Below the pieces are notes generated by a model that saw only the letters and a list, made by a program, of their open reading frames with translations, searched no databases and was not told the origin of the DNA. A program made the translations under genes and the position numbers. This document shows, piece after piece, positions 17,729 through 28,472 of a stretch of 64,000 bases of DNA. Source of the DNA: Thermodesulfobacteriota bacterium. Lineage in GTDB: Bacteria > Desulfobacterota_D > UBA1144 > Nemesobacterales > Nemesobacteraceae. Location: positions 1,536,001-1,600,000 of the forward strand of contig OZ241855.1 in NCBI GenBank assembly GCA_965202785.1, given 5' to 3'. Within the stretch, counting starts at the first letter, position 1, and each line of letters opens with the position of its first letter.

Positions 17729-20700
17729 ATGAGTACGGAAAACAGCGACACAAAAATCTCCGCGCGGCTCGAGGCTCTTTCAAAAAAGAGGATAGTTTTC
17801 CTCGATGGCGCCATGGGGACCATGATCCAAAGGCATGACCTCGGAGAAGAGGACTTCAGGGGAGATCTGTTCCCTGACCACCCCGTGGACCTGAAAGGCA
17901 ATAACGACCTGCTTTCCCTGACCAGACCCGACGTCATATATGAAATCCACAGAAAATACTTTGAGGCCGGCTGCGATATAGTTGAGACCAACACCTTCAG
18001 CTCCACCTCAATAGCTCAGGCCGACTACGGCCTTGAGAGCTGGGTGAGAGCCCTTAATGTCGAGTCGGCGAAACTCGCAAAGAAGGCGGCTTCTGATTTT
18101 ATGGAGAAAAATCCCCGGAGGATTTGTTTCGTCGCCGGAGCACTGGGTCCGACCAATAAGACTGCATCAATGTCCCCTGACGTGAACGATCCGTCGTACA
18201 GGGCGGTTTCTTTTGACCAGCTGGTTGATGCTTATCGCGAGCAGACGGAAGCCCTTGTTGAGGGAGGGGTGGATATACTTATGCCCGAAACCACCTTTGA
18301 CACGCTTAACCTGAAGGCGGCCATATACGCCATTGAGAGCTTTTTCGATGCGCGCGGAGGGGAAAGGATTCCGGTCATGATCTCCGTTACCATAACGGAT
18401 CGGTCCGGGCGCACTCTTTCGGGCCAGACTGTGGAGGCTTTCTGGAACTCCGTTCGCCACGCAAAGCCCTTCAGCGTCGGTATAAACTGCGCGCTGGGGG
18501 CAGAAGAAATGCGTCCTTACATAGAGGAACTCTCGCGAATAGCCGACTGCCGCATAAGCTGCTACCCGAATGCCGGACTTCCCAACCCGTTGAGTGAGAC
18601 GGGATACGATGAGACGCCGGAGATTACCTCTGCTCTTCTTCTGGATTTCGCGGAAAGCGGTTTTGTCAACATGGTGGGCGGATGCTGCGGCACTACCCCC
18701 GAGCACATAGAGATGGTGGTTAAAAGGCTAAGAGATGTTCCGCCGAGAGAAATCCCGGTTCACAAGGATGCGACCAGGCTAAGCGGTCTTGAACCCCTTA
18801 CGATAACCTCTGGCGCCGAGGGACCTTTCATAATGGTCGGGGAGAGGACCAATGTTACGGGTTCTCCGAAGTTCGCAAGGCTTGTAAAGGGAGAAGACTA
18901 TGAGGGGGCTGTTTCGGTAGCCCTTCAACAGGTGGAGAACGGGGCAAACATAATAGACGTTAATTTCGATGAGGGACTTCTTGACTCTGAAGCCTGTATG
19001 AAACGTTTCCTCAACCTTATCGCTTCGGAACCCGAGGTGACCAGGGTTCCGGTGATGATAGACAGCTCCAAGTGGTCCGTTATCGAGCAGGGGCTTAAAT
19101 GTATTCAGGGCAAGTGCATTGTAAATTCCATAAGTCTTAAGGAAGGCGAGGAAGTGTTCTGCCAGCAGGCAAAGGCGGCAATGCGCTACGGCGCTTCAGT
19201 GGTGGTAATGGCTTTTGACGAAAAGGGCCAGGCGGCCTCAAAAGAGGACAAGGTGGAAGTCTGCAAAAGGGCTTACCGCATATTGACTGAAGAAGTGGGC
19301 ATGGATCCCTGCGACATAATCTTTGACCCGAACATACTTACCGTCGGAACCGGGATCGAGGAACACAATTCCTACGCCGTGAATTACATAGAGGCCGTGA
19401 GGGAGATAAAAGAGTCCTGTCCCGGGGCCCTCACAAGCGGCGGGGTAAGTAACATATCCTTCTCCTTCAGGGGGAACAACGTAGTGCGCGAAGCTATGCA
19501 CAGCGCATTTCTTTACCACGCCATAAAAGCCGGGCTTGACATGGGAATAGTAAACGCCGGGATGCTGGCCGTTTACGACGACATTGACCCCGAGCTTCTT
19601 GAAAAGGTGGAGGACGTGCTTCTTAACCGGCGCCCCGACGCCACGGAGCGTCTTGTTGAGCACGCAAAACATTTTGAAGGGGTGAAGTCCGCGAGTTCGG
19701 AAAAGGAGACCAAGCAATGGAGAGAGCTTGGGGTTGAAAAACGTCTTGAACACTCTCTTGTAAACGGCATAGCGGATTTCATTGAGGATGATACAGAAGA
19801 AGCCAGGGTCAAATATGGAGCCCCGCTTAATGTTATTGAAGGTCCCCTTATGGATGGAATGAAAGTGGTTGGGGACCTGTTCGGCGACGGCAAGATGTTT
19901 CTTCCCCAAGTGGTAAAAAGCGCCAGAGTCATGAAAAGAGCCGTTGCGCACCTTCAGCCGTTTATGGAAAAGGAAAAAGAGGGAAGCAGTGGAGTTAAGG
20001 GAAAGTTCGTTATAGCTACCGTTAAGGGAGACGTCCACGATATAGGAAAAAACATCGTCTCTGTGGTTCTCGGTTGCAATAACTACGAAGTAATAGATCT
20101 TGGGGTAATGGTTCCCTGCGAGAAAATACTCAACGTCGCGAGAGAAAATCGAGCAGACTTCATAGGGTTAAGCGGGCTGATTACGCCCTCCCTTGACGAA
20201 ATGGTTTATAACGCGAGAGAGATGGAACGGGAAGGTTTCAAAATCCCTCTTCTTATAGGCGGGGCCACAACAAGCAGGGCTCATACGGCGATAAGAATAG
20301 CTCCGGGATACAGCGGCATAGTTGATCACGTGGCCGATGCTTCGCTTGTGGTAGGTGCCTGCAACGAGATGCTGGATCCGGAGAGGGCCCGGCTTTACAT
20401 GGAAAAACTGGAACAAAGCAACTCCGAGCAAAGACAGCGTTTTGAAAAAGCCCGTGGCCAGACGGAATATGCCTCCATAGAAGAAGCAAGGGAAAAAGCG
20501 TTTCCGACTGACTGGGAGAATATCGAAATAGAGTGCCCCGGGCGGCTTGGAGTTTTTGTCTTCGACAGCATCTCTCTTGAAGAGGTCGCCGGTTACATCG
20601 ACTGGTCTCCTTTTTTCTGGGCGTGGGAGCTTAAGGGAGTTTTTCCGAAAATACTTGAGCATCCCGAAAGAGGAGATCAGGCAAAAAAACTTTACCGGGA

Positions 20701-21499
20701 CGGCCAGGCGCTCCTTAAGCGGATAATCCTGGAAAAAGTTTTCACCCCCCGTGCTGTTGTCGGACTCTTTCGCGCAAACAGTGTCGGAGATGATGTTGAA
20801 GTCTATGGAGAAAAAAGAGAGGCTCCGGCAACCGGCAAGGAGTGCGGCTGCCATAGTGCTTGTGAAGTCCATGGAGAAGAAAGACAGCTCCTGGCAACGT
20901 TTCATTTTCTAAGACAGCAGGAGATGCGTTCCAAGCAGGGTTGCTATTACTGTCTTTCAGATTTTGTAGCGCCGAAAGTCTCGGGCAGAGAAGATTACAT
21001 CGGGGGCTTTGTGGTGACCGCGGGTGAAGGAGTCGAGCAATTCTCCGAAGATTTTAAGCGAAAAGGGGATGATTACAATTCGATTATGGCAAGTGTTCTG
21101 GGGGACAGGATAGCCGAAGCTCTTGCCGAGATGATTCATAAAAAAGTAAGGGATCTCTGGGGGTACGGAAAAGATGAAAAGCTCAGTTCCGAAGACCTGA
21201 TAAACGAAAAATACAGGGGCATAAGACCTGCTCCCGGCTACCCTTCATGTCCTGATCACACGGAAAAAAAGATTCTCTGGGATCTTCTCGAGGCGGAAAA
21301 ACACACGGGTGTATCGCTTACTGAGAGTTTCGCCATGACTCCGCCAAGTTCGGTTTCAGGGTTCTACATGGCCCATCCCGAATCAAGATATTTCTTCCTT
21401 GGGAAAATACTGAAAGACCAGATTCTGGATTACGCGAAAAGAAAAACAATCGATCCTGATGAGGCGGAGAAATGGCTCCGACCGAATCTCGGATACTGA
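17729..21499 (+). CDS. metH: Cobalamin-dependent methionine synthase
   Basis: [39 protein letters not shown] and [15 protein letters not shown] motifs. Confidence 0.98.
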   Translation: MSTENSDTKISARLEALSKKRIVFLDGAMGTMIQRHDLGEEDFRGDLFPDHPVDLKGNNDLLSLTRPDVIYEIHRKYFEAGCDIVETNTFSSTSIAQADYGLESWVRALNVESAKLAKKAASDFMEKNPRRICFVAGALGPTNKTASMSPDVNDPSYRAVSFDQLVDAYREQTEALVEGGVDILMPETTFDTLNLKAAIYAIESFFDARGGERIPVMISVTITDRSGRTLSGQTVEAFWNSVRHAKPFSVGINCALGAEEMRPYIEELSRIADCRISCYPNAGLPNPLSETGYDETPEITSALLLDFAESGFVNMVGGCCGTTPEHIEMVVKRLRDVPPREIPVHKDATRLSGLEPLTITSGAEGPFIMVGERTNVTGSPKFARLVKGEDYEGAVSVALQQVENGANIIDVNFDEGLLDSEACMKRFLNLIASEPEVTRVPVMIDSSKWSVIEQGLKCIQGKCIVNSISLKEGEEVFCQQAKAAMRYGASVVVMAFDEKGQAASKEDKVEVCKRAYRILTEEVGMDPCDIIFDPNILTVGTGIEEHNSYAVNYIEAVREIKESCPGALTSGGVSNISFSFRGNNVVREAMHSAFLYHAIKAGLDMGIVNAGMLAVYDDIDPELLEKVEDVLLNRRPDATERLVEHAKHFEGVKSASSEKETKQWRELGVEKRLEHSLVNGIADFIEDDTEEARVKYGAPLNVIEGPLMDGMKVVGDLFGDGKMFLPQVVKSARVMKRAVAHLQPFMEKEKEGSSGVKGKFVIATVKGDVHDIGKNIVSVVLGCNNYEVIDLGVMVPCEKILNVARENRADFIGLSGLITPSLDEMVYNAREMEREGFKIPLLIGGATTSRAHTAIRIAPGYSGIVDHVADASLVVGACNEMLDPERARLYMEKLEQSNSEQRQRFEKARGQTEYASIEEAREKAFPTDWENIEIECPGRLGVFVFDSISLEEVAGYIDWSPFFWAWELKGVFPKILEHPERGDQAKKLYRDGQALLKRIILEKVFTPRAVVGLFRANSVGDDVEVYGEKREAPATGKECGCHSACEVHGEERQLLATFHFLRQQEMRSKQGCYYCLSDFVAPKVSGREDYIGGFVVTAGEGVEQFSEDFKRKGDDYNSIMASVLGDRIAEALAEMIHKKVRDLWGYGKDEKLSSEDLINEKYRGIRPAPGYPSCPDHTEKKILWDLLEAEKHTGVSLTESFAMTPPSSVSGFYMAHPESRYFFLGKILKDQILDYAKRKTIDPDEAEKWLRPNLGY

Positions 21500-21596
21500 G
21501 AATTTTCTTCGCAAAATCGAGGGCTTACTTGACAAACGGCTTTAAAATATCTAGAGTGAAAAATCAGGTCGTAGCCCTACTGATTTTCAAAACGTC

Positions 21597-21887
21597 ATGA
21601 AAAAATCGGACATTGAAAAGGAGCTTTCACGGAAATTTGACCTTAATTCCGTAGAATCCAGAAAGGTTCTGGACGCCATAATTAACGCCATGACCGAGAT
21701 GCTTCGTGATGGGGAAAGAATAGAGATAAGACATTTCGGAAGCTTCTTTACAAAAAATTACGAGCCTTATGAAGGAAGAAATCCCAGAACAGGCGAAAAA
21801 ATATACATCGGCGAAAAAACCCTTCCACTGTTTAGGGTAAGTAGCTGGCTTGCCCCCAAACTTACGGAAAAAAACAGTGATGAATGA
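21597..21887 (+). CDS. Integration host factor/HU family protein (IHF-beta-like)
   Basis: RIEIRHFGSF..GRNPRTGE. Confidence 0.88.
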   Translation: MKKSDIEKELSRKFDLNSVESRKVLDAIINAMTEMLRDGERIEIRHFGSFFTKNYEPYEGRNPRTGEKIYIGEKTLPLFRVSSWLAPKLTEKNSDE

Positions 21888-21937
21888 CAGACCACGGCGT
21901 AGGTCTGCTAACAACCCTTCTTTTATAAGCGTCGCAG

Positions 21938-22453
21938 ATGCCTTTGCTTGAAATCCTTGTTTATCCTGCCCCTGAGCTAAAGAGAAAATCCCTGCCCGTG
22001 GAGGAACTGGGCGAAGACCTTGAACGTCTTCTGGATGATATGACGGAGACGCTCCGCGATGCAGATGGCGTCGGCCTTGCGGCTCCGCAGGTCGGCAGGA
22101 ACGTTCGGGTCCTAGTAGTTGATGTACCTTTACCCGAGAGCGATGAAAAGGAGTTCTATGAGCTCATAAATCCTGAAATTGTTTCCTCCCGAGGGTTCCA
22201 GATGGGAGAGGAAGGTTGTCTCAGCGTGCCTGGATTTTTTGCGAATGTAAGAAGAAAAAACCACGTTCGTGTATCCGCCCTCGACAGAAAAGGAAAGCGT
22301 TTCACGATTGATGCGGACGGAATGTTGTCAAGGGTGCTTCAGCATGAAATTGACCATCTTGATGGTATATTGTTTTTTGACAGGTTAAGACAACTTAAAA
22401 GAGGTCTTCTTATAAAACAGATCAACGAGCGCTTCGTTTCCGCACAGGATTAA
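21938..22453 (+). CDS. def: Peptide deformylase
   Basis: GVGLAAPQVG, EGCLSVP and QHEIDHLDG motifs. Confidence 0.97.
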   Translation: MPLLEILVYPAPELKRKSLPVEELGEDLERLLDDMTETLRDADGVGLAAPQVGRNVRVLVVDVPLPESDEKEFYELINPEIVSSRGFQMGEEGCLSVPGFFANVRRKNHVRVSALDRKGKRFTIDADGMLSRVLQHEIDHLDGILFFDRLRQLKRGLLIKQINERFVSAQD

Positions 22454-22491
22454 TTTTTTGTTTTGCTTGATTCCGAAAGCGATTTCACGAC

Positions 22492-23637
22492 ATGATTTCA
22501 GATCTGGTTAAAAATATAGAGCCTTTCTACGTAATGGACATCCTCGAGAGGGCAAAGCGCCTTGAGGATGAAGGTCGAGAGGTCATACATTTCGAGGTTG
22601 GAGAACCTGATTTCAATACTCCCGATGAAATATGCTCTGCCGCCGCGAAGTGGATAGAAAAAGGTTACACGAAGTACACAAGCAGTCTTGGGATTGATGA
22701 GCTGCGCCAGAGCGTCGCGGAGGATTACAGCCGTACTTATGGAATAGAAGTGGGGTATGAAAGAGTAATAATAACTATAGGCAGCTCCCCGGCACTCTTG
22801 CTGGCAATGCTGACTGTTCTTAACCCCGGCGATGAAATATTGATAACGGACCCGCATTACGCATGTTATCCGCAGATAGTAAGCGTTGCGAGAGGAGTCG
22901 CAAAGAAAATACCTGTCTACGAAAGTGACGGTTATCAGATTGACCCTGCGGAAGTAAGAAAGAATATCGGAAGAAAAACCAAGGCTATCCTGGTAAATTC
23001 TCCTGCGAACCCCACCGGGGCGGTTATGGACAGAGAAGTTCTCCGGGAACTGTCCGAGATGGGTCTTTTTGTGATTTCGGATGAGATCTACCACGGTCTT
23101 GTCTATGGCGCGCGCGTTAACTCCATTCTGGAATTCACTGACAACGCCATAGCGATAAACGGCTTCGCTAAATTCTACTCCATGACAGGTTGGCGTCTCG
23201 GTTACATGATAGTTCCAGAAGACCTTGTAAGGTACGTGCAGAAACTTCAGCAGAATCTCTTTATTTCCGCCGGATCTTTTGTTCAGAAAGCAGGAGTCGC
23301 CGCTATTGAGGAAGTGAAGAGGGGTGGGGGAAGCGAGGCAATGGTGAATGAGTTTGACAGAAGAAGGAAGGAGATGATAAAAGGGCTTTCCTCTGTTGGG
23401 TTTGATATTTCGGTTGAACCCAAGGGGGCGTTCTACGTTTTCGTGAATTCCTCTCGATGGAGCCGGGATTCCTGGAGTCTCGCGTTTGATATTCTTGAGA
23501 ACTGCCACGTGGGTGTAACTCCCGGGATAGATTTTAGCGACAGGGGGAGGGATTATCTCAGGTTTTCCTATACGACGTCGCTTGACTCCATACGGGAAGG
23601 GATAAGAAGATTGGGCGAGTTCTTGGGCGAATTCTGA
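22492..23637 (+). CDS. Class I/II PLP-dependent aminotransferase
   Basis: GEPDF, NSPANPTG, SDEIY and GFAKFYSMTGWRLG motifs. Confidence 0.93.
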   Translation: MISDLVKNIEPFYVMDILERAKRLEDEGREVIHFEVGEPDFNTPDEICSAAAKWIEKGYTKYTSSLGIDELRQSVAEDYSRTYGIEVGYERVIITIGSSPALLLAMLTVLNPGDEILITDPHYACYPQIVSVARGVAKKIPVYESDGYQIDPAEVRKNIGRKTKAILVNSPANPTGAVMDREVLRELSEMGLFVISDEIYHGLVYGARVNSILEFTDNAIAINGFAKFYSMTGWRLGYMIVPEDLVRYVQKLQQNLFISAGSFVQKAGVAAIEEVKRGGGSEAMVNEFDRRRKEMIKGLSSVGFDISVEPKGAFYVFVNSSRWSRDSWSLAFDILENCHVGVTPGIDFSDRGRDYLRFSYTTSLDSIREGIRRLGEFLGEF

Positions 23638-23768
23638 AAAAGAAAAAGACCCGTTCATTCAAGTTTGAAGTATGACATTCTTAATCTAATACAGAAACAA
23701 TTTTGTAATTACAGGTATCAGTTTTGTAGGTTGTTGCACTTGAAAGTTGATAGGGTACTGTCATCCCG

Positions 23769-24686
23769 ATGAATAAAATAAAAAAATATTGTCTGCCACT
23801 TTTGTTTGGAGTCGGCATTTGTTTGTTGTTTCTTCTTGGGGACTCAGATAAACCCAATAATGTTGTAGAGAAAAAAGATGTCGTGACGGAGAAAATTGAA
23901 AAGACAGATGTAACAATGGAAAAACCTGAGAAAACAAACGCTGAGATTCTTGAGAACTGGGACGAAAAACTAGACGGCATAATTCTTGTAAAGTGGGAAC
24001 ATTCAACAAAAAAAGACAGAAGCGAAAAGGATGAATATGCTCTCACTTACAAAGATGGTGAAATAACTCTCTGGGTATCTTTTCGCTTTCGTAATGGTCA
24101 GAAAACGGTTCCGATATCTTTAACTCAGATTGAACGCCCTACGGGAAACCCTAATGAACGAAAGTTTGAGAATGAACCCGAAGCCTGTTCTCTTTGTGAG
24201 TATCGCATAATTTCAAAAAACGGAACCGTCAAAGTGTTTGACTGGGCTGGAAATCTGCTATATACCGAATTGTCAACTTATATGCATTCTGACGTAATGA
24301 AAATCGGGAAGAATATACAGGTAAAAGAATGTGTCCCAGTAGAACTTTCCCCTGCTTCGCTTGAAACTATACGATTATATAGGCAGTTACATGCCTTTAA
24401 GAACGACAAGAAGTTTGCTCAAATGGGATTCGCTCCTAACGGACCATACCATGTCTGGATGGAGATGATCAGTAAAGTTTCTCGTGAATCCGGTCTGGAT
24501 GTTCTTGCCGAATTGTCTTTCTCCGCAGGTCATGTTGAGAGTTTGGGGATGAATTACATGCAGTTAATATCAGCGGAAGAAGGATTGAGTAGAGATGTCA
24601 GTAAAAGTACTTTGGATTATATTCAATGGGCAGAAAACACTATACAAGCAGGTATCGCTAATGCCACTTGCCAGAGAGAGTTTTGA
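23769..24686 (+). CDS. Hypothetical protein with N-terminal membrane anchor or signal peptide
   Basis: 305-aa AT-rich ORF; hydrophobic N-terminus and Lys/Glu-rich linker; no recognised motif. Confidence 0.7.
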   Translation: MNKIKKYCLPLLFGVGICLLFLLGDSDKPNNVVEKKDVVTEKIEKTDVTMEKPEKTNAEILENWDEKLDGIILVKWEHSTKKDRSEKDEYALTYKDGEITLWVSFRFRNGQKTVPISLTQIERPTGNPNERKFENEPEACSLCEYRIISKNGTVKVFDWAGNLLYTELSTYMHSDVMKIGKNIQVKECVPVELSPASLETIRLYRQLHAFKNDKKFAQMGFAPNGPYHVWMEMISKVSRESGLDVLAELSFSAGHVESLGMNYMQLISAEEGLSRDVSKSTLDYIQWAENTIQAGIANATCQREF

Positions 24687-24713
24687 AAACAAATTTTCGT
24701 CACGGGGCGTTAA

Positions 24714-25508
24714 ATGGATAAAAAGTTTGTCGTTGGAAACTGGAAAATGAATTTGCTTCGGGAGGAAGCACTGGAGTTGTCCAGTGCGATAGTCAGCCTG
24801 CTTGGAGAAAACTACAACGCATGTCAGGTAGTACTCGTGCCTCCCTATACGGTTCTCGACGTGGTAAACAGACGCATCTCGGGTTCAAACATAGATCTTG
24901 GGGCCCAGAACGTTTTCGGCAGGATAAGCGGAGCATTCACTGGTGAGATCTCAGCACCGATGCTTTTGGACGCCGGATGCCATTGGGCTATCGTTGGCCA
25001 TTCGGAAAGAAGGCACATACTTGGGGAGACTGATGAACAGATCCGTGAAAAGCTTCTGCTATCAATCTCCTGCGGGCTAAGAGTAATTCTCTGCGTGGGA
25101 GAAACCGAAGTCCAGAGAGAAGAAGCAATCCGCGGAAGTGAATACATTTCGACGAGAAAAGAACTGCTCTTCTCGCCGATAAAGATCCAGATAGAAAATG
25201 CGCTGCACGATCTGGATGAAGAACAGATTTCAGATGTCGTTATAGCATACGAGCCGGTCTGGGCCATAGGAACGGGGAAAAACGCCACTTCTTCGGAAAT
25301 AGATGAGATTCACGGATATATACGGGAGCTTTTAACCGGGATGTTTCCCCGTCTAGGCAATAGCGTGAAAATTCTATATGGCGGAAGCGTCAAAACGGGT
25401 AATATAGAAGGGATAATGTCTGTTGATGAAGTTGACGGGGTCCTGGTTGGAGGAGCAAGTCTTTCAGCTGACTCTTTTTTTAGAATAATAAAATCCGTGG
25501 GGGGTTAG
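24714..25508 (+). CDS. tpiA: Triosephosphate isomerase
   Basis: GNWKMN, GHSERR, AYEPVWAIGTG and YGGSV motifs. Confidence 0.97.
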   Translation: MDKKFVVGNWKMNLLREEALELSSAIVSLLGENYNACQVVLVPPYTVLDVVNRRISGSNIDLGAQNVFGRISGAFTGEISAPMLLDAGCHWAIVGHSERRHILGETDEQIREKLLLSISCGLRVILCVGETEVQREEAIRGSEYISTRKELLFSPIKIQIENALHDLDEEQISDVVIAYEPVWAIGTGKNATSSEIDEIHGYIRELLTGMFPRLGNSVKILYGGSVKTGNIEGIMSVDEVDGVLVGGASLSADSFFRIIKSVGG

Positions 25509-25511
25509 AAA

Positions 25512-25850
25512 TTGGAGTTCTTAATACCGTCGGTGAAAATTATTCATATTGTTGTCAGTATCCTTCTTGTACTGATCATACTGCTTCAGCCAAGCAAGTC
25601 CGCAGACATAGGTTCAATGTTTGGAGGCGGAAGTTCGGAATCGCTTTTTGGTTCAAGCGGCGCAATGCCTTTTCTTGTAAAGATGACCAGGCTTTTTGGG
25701 CTTATATTTGTAATCACCTCGCTTTTTCTCGGTTACACTTCCGTAAAATCGATATCGGGTTCGGTGGTGGAGAAATCGCCGATTGAAGTGTTTGAAGAAA
25801 CCGCTCCGCCTGTCGAAGAACCCTTGGAACCTTCTCAGGGAGGAGAATGA
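25512..25850 (+). CDS. secG: Preprotein translocase SecG
   Basis: ILLQPSK..FGGG..FGSSG with two TM helices; conserved position after tpiA. Confidence 0.9.
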   Translation: MEFLIPSVKIIHIVVSILLVLIILLQPSKSADIGSMFGGGSSESLFGSSGAMPFLVKMTRLFGLIFVITSLFLGYTSVKSISGSVVEKSPIEVFEETAPPVEEPLEPSQGGE

Positions 25851-25957
25851 ACATAGAGGAACCGGTTGACCGGATGCCTTTTATTTGAAAGTTCTTTAGT
25901 TAGTATAGAAATAGTAAGTTAATACAGTAGTAACGTGCCAATTCGGAGGTTTTAAAG

Positions 25958-26224
25958 ATGGCATACATAATTGCCGAACCATGTATCGGAGTGAAGGACA
26001 AGGCTTGTGTTGAAGCGTGCCCGGTTGACTGCATATATGAGGGAGATGATCAGTTGATCATACATCCTGATGAATGTATAGACTGCGGAGCGTGCGTAGA
26101 CCCCTGTCCAGTGGATGCCATATTTCACGAAGATGAATTGCCTGATAAATGGCAGAAATTCATTGACATAAACAAAGATTTCTTCGAGGGCAAAGAAGGT
26201 CTTGAACCGGCCAGAAATGACTAA
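25958..26224 (+). CDS. fdxA: 7Fe-type ferredoxin
   Basis: [18 protein letters not shown] and [17 protein letters not shown]. Confidence 0.92.
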   Translation: MAYIIAEPCIGVKDKACVEACPVDCIYEGDDQLIIHPDECIDCGACVDPCPVDAIFHEDELPDKWQKFIDINKDFFEGKEGLEPARND

Positions 26225-26251
26225 AATTCAGTAAGAACGGACTTTAAAGAG

Positions 26252-26294
26252 AAAAAAAGGGGGGACTTGAAAGTTTCATTTCCCCCCTTTTTTT
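26252..26294. terminator. Intrinsic terminator after the ferredoxin gene
   Basis: aaaaaaagggggga...tccccccttttttt inverted repeat with T tail. Confidence 0.8.
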
Positions 26295-26425
26295 ATGTCT
26301 TCGGGAAAATACTTCTATGCGGATAAGATGACAGTGTGGAAAAAGCTCAGAAGAAGTTCCCTTGCGCTTCAGACTGCATCAGCTTGTAGCTTAAAAAGTT
26401 TTACGTATATATTTTGCTGTTCAAG

Positions 26426-27076
26426 ATGAATATCCAAGATCTAAAAAAGAAAGTGCGGAAGGTTCTTCAATTTCTGAAGAAATCCTACCCCGACGCAAAA
26501 TGTCATCTTGTTTTTAACAATGCATCAGAGCTTCTGATCGGGTCTATTCTCTCTGCTCAGTGTACGGATAAACGAGTAAATATGATAACCCCGGGGCTCT
26601 TCAAGAAGTACCCGAACCTAAGGGCGTTTTCTCGTGCATCGGAAGAAGAACTCCAAAACGACGTAAGATCAACAGGTTTTTACAGAAACAAGGCAAAAGC
26701 GATAATAAACTGTTCAAGGGAGATAATACAAAAACACAAGGGGAAAGTCCCTTGCGAAATGGAAGAGCTGGTCAAACTTCCAGGAGTCGGAAGGAAAACG
26801 GCAAATGTTATAATTGGCAATTATTTCAGGAAACCCGGAATAATAGTTGATACCCATATAATGAGGCTAAGCCGCAGACTTGGTCTCACCTCGAATTCCG
26901 ATCCCGTTAAGATTGAATTCGATCTTAGAGGGTGCATTCCAGAAAAAGACTGGACGTTTTTTTCAAATTCCCTGGGTGATCACGGGAGAAATGTCTGCAA
27001 GGCGAGAAAGCCCATGTGTTCAAAGTGCGGAATATCCCACGTATGTCTTTATTTCGAGGAGCTTTACGCATCGTGA
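26426..27076 (+). CDS. nth: Endonuclease III
   Basis: LSAQCTD, LPGVGRKTANV, VDTH and Cx6Cx2Cx5C motifs. Confidence 0.95.
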   Translation: MNIQDLKKKVRKVLQFLKKSYPDAKCHLVFNNASELLIGSILSAQCTDKRVNMITPGLFKKYPNLRAFSRASEEELQNDVRSTGFYRNKAKAIINCSREIIQKHKGKVPCEMEELVKLPGVGRKTANVIIGNYFRKPGIIVDTHIMRLSRRLGLTSNSDPVKIEFDLRGCIPEKDWTFFSNSLGDHGRNVCKARKPMCSKCGISHVCLYFEELYAS

Positions 27077-27185
27077 GAGCTGTTAGTGCTAAAGAGATTC
27101 TCGGAAAACGCTTCGGGCGCAAAACCATTGGGTATTCACACCCGGTTTTCAAAATAATCACGGAAGACAGGGGGAAGAAAAGCAC

Positions 27186-27422
27186 ATGAATTCCGGCACT
27201 GATTATTCTGGATTTTTTCCTTTTGGATGGCTGAGGGACTTCCGGGGGGATAACTGGCAGATTTTCTGGAACAAGAAAACGGGGCATCTTTTTCTCAAAG
27301 CCACCGCAGAAAACACGCTCATAAAGATTGGTGAGGCCCCGGACTGGATGGAAGCGAAGAAAAAAGCTGATTTTCTAATGCAGAATCCTGATTCGGTCAC
27401 AATAGAAACTGCAGATTGCTGA
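27186..27422 (+). CDS. Small hypothetical protein (Trp/Phe-rich)
   Basis: 78 aa with a purine-rich SD-like stretch; fills the intergenic gap. Confidence 0.6.
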   Translation: MNSGTDYSGFFPFGWLRDFRGDNWQIFWNKKTGHLFLKATAENTLIKIGEAPDWMEAKKKADFLMQNPDSVTIETADC

Positions 27423-27562
27423 ATTTGCCGCTTTTAGGCAAACGATTCGGGAGATCCCTGAATCCTAAGGCTCTTATCATCATCTGAGTTCATCACTACC
27501 GCTATTGACTTGCCCGCGGGAGTTTTATAATATCAGTACTTCTTAAAACACCGTGTCTAATC

Positions 27563-28465
27563 ATGAAATACGTAGAGCAGGAACTGATTTCCGTACCAGT
27601 CGGGAAAGGAAAGGTTAACGCCCTCTACTACAGAGCGCTTAATAACGACTCCGAAAAAAGAAAGACTATAATTATCCATGTCCACGGGTTTTTGGGGAAC
27701 TTTCTTGACGGAAGCCAGAGATTCCTACCACCGATCCTTGCCAAGGCAGGCTACTCATCTATTGCGATAAATACCAGACTGGCCAATTTCGGGCTTTTCT
27801 TCGGTTTTGGAATAGTGGATGACACTATTTCGCAGATAGACGGCGTAGTGAAGTATCTGGGGGAAATCGGTTACGAGAAAATAATTATTTCCGGTTACAG
27901 CCTGGGTGGAGGAGTAATTCTCAGGTATCTCTCCGTAAAAAGCCGCCAACAGGACTCCGATGAGTCGGAACTGCTAAAGGGTGTGATTGCCCTCGCTACT
28001 CCTTATTCTATCCCGGACTCGATAAGAAGAAGATGGAATAAGTGGGAAAGCCAGCCTTCCTACGATGAGGTGTACGAGGAAGCGAAGATGATACTTGGCG
28101 ATAATCCCCATGATTCAAAGCAGGACAGAACGATTCTTATTTTCAGGGCCAGGGGGAACTCCTACCGGCCGGAGCACACCGAAATATATACTTACAAGAC
28201 ATGGTGGTTTCTCGCCGGTCCGGAGGCGGAAGCCGTAAAGAGCTATGAGCAGATAAAGAACATAAAACTGCCGATTCTTCTAATGCAAGGCTGGAACGAT
28301 ACGTTTGTAAAACCCGATGAGACCCATAATCTTGCGCAAATAGCCATAGACAACGGAAATGACGACGTTTCCGCATATTATCTCAATACCGGTCATACCC
28401 TCGAGGGAAAAGAAGAGGAAATGGGCGATATTATAATAAGATGGCTTGACAGAAGATTCATCTGA
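27563..28465 (+). CDS. Alpha/beta hydrolase, paralog 1
   Basis: HG oxyanion motif, GYSLG nucleophile elbow, QGWND Asp and TGH His. Confidence 0.85.
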   Translation: MKYVEQELISVPVGKGKVNALYYRALNNDSEKRKTIIIHVHGFLGNFLDGSQRFLPPILAKAGYSSIAINTRLANFGLFFGFGIVDDTISQIDGVVKYLGEIGYEKIIISGYSLGGGVILRYLSVKSRQQDSDESELLKGVIALATPYSIPDSIRRRWNKWESQPSYDEVYEEAKMILGDNPHDSKQDRTILIFRARGNSYRPEHTEIYTYKTWWFLAGPEAEAVKSYEQIKNIKLPILLMQGWNDTFVKPDETHNLAQIAIDNGNDDVSAYYLNTGHTLEGKEEEMGDIIIRWLDRRFI

Positions 28466-28472
28466 TTCTGCG

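Noticed and set aside
22498-23658. 386-aa antisense ORF spanning the aminotransferase
   Set aside because: It mirrors a well-supported gene and has no motifs; a shadow ORF. The same applies to other long antisense ORFs such as 19238..20038, 37537..38316 and 49710..50567.
25105-25190. Short insertion in TpiA (and a similar loop insertion in LpdA)
   Set aside because: Catalytic motifs are intact; likely neutral surface-loop variation.
27080-27095. ttagtgctaa resembling a CIRCE half-site
   Set aside because: No 9-nt-spaced second arm and not upstream of a chaperone gene.
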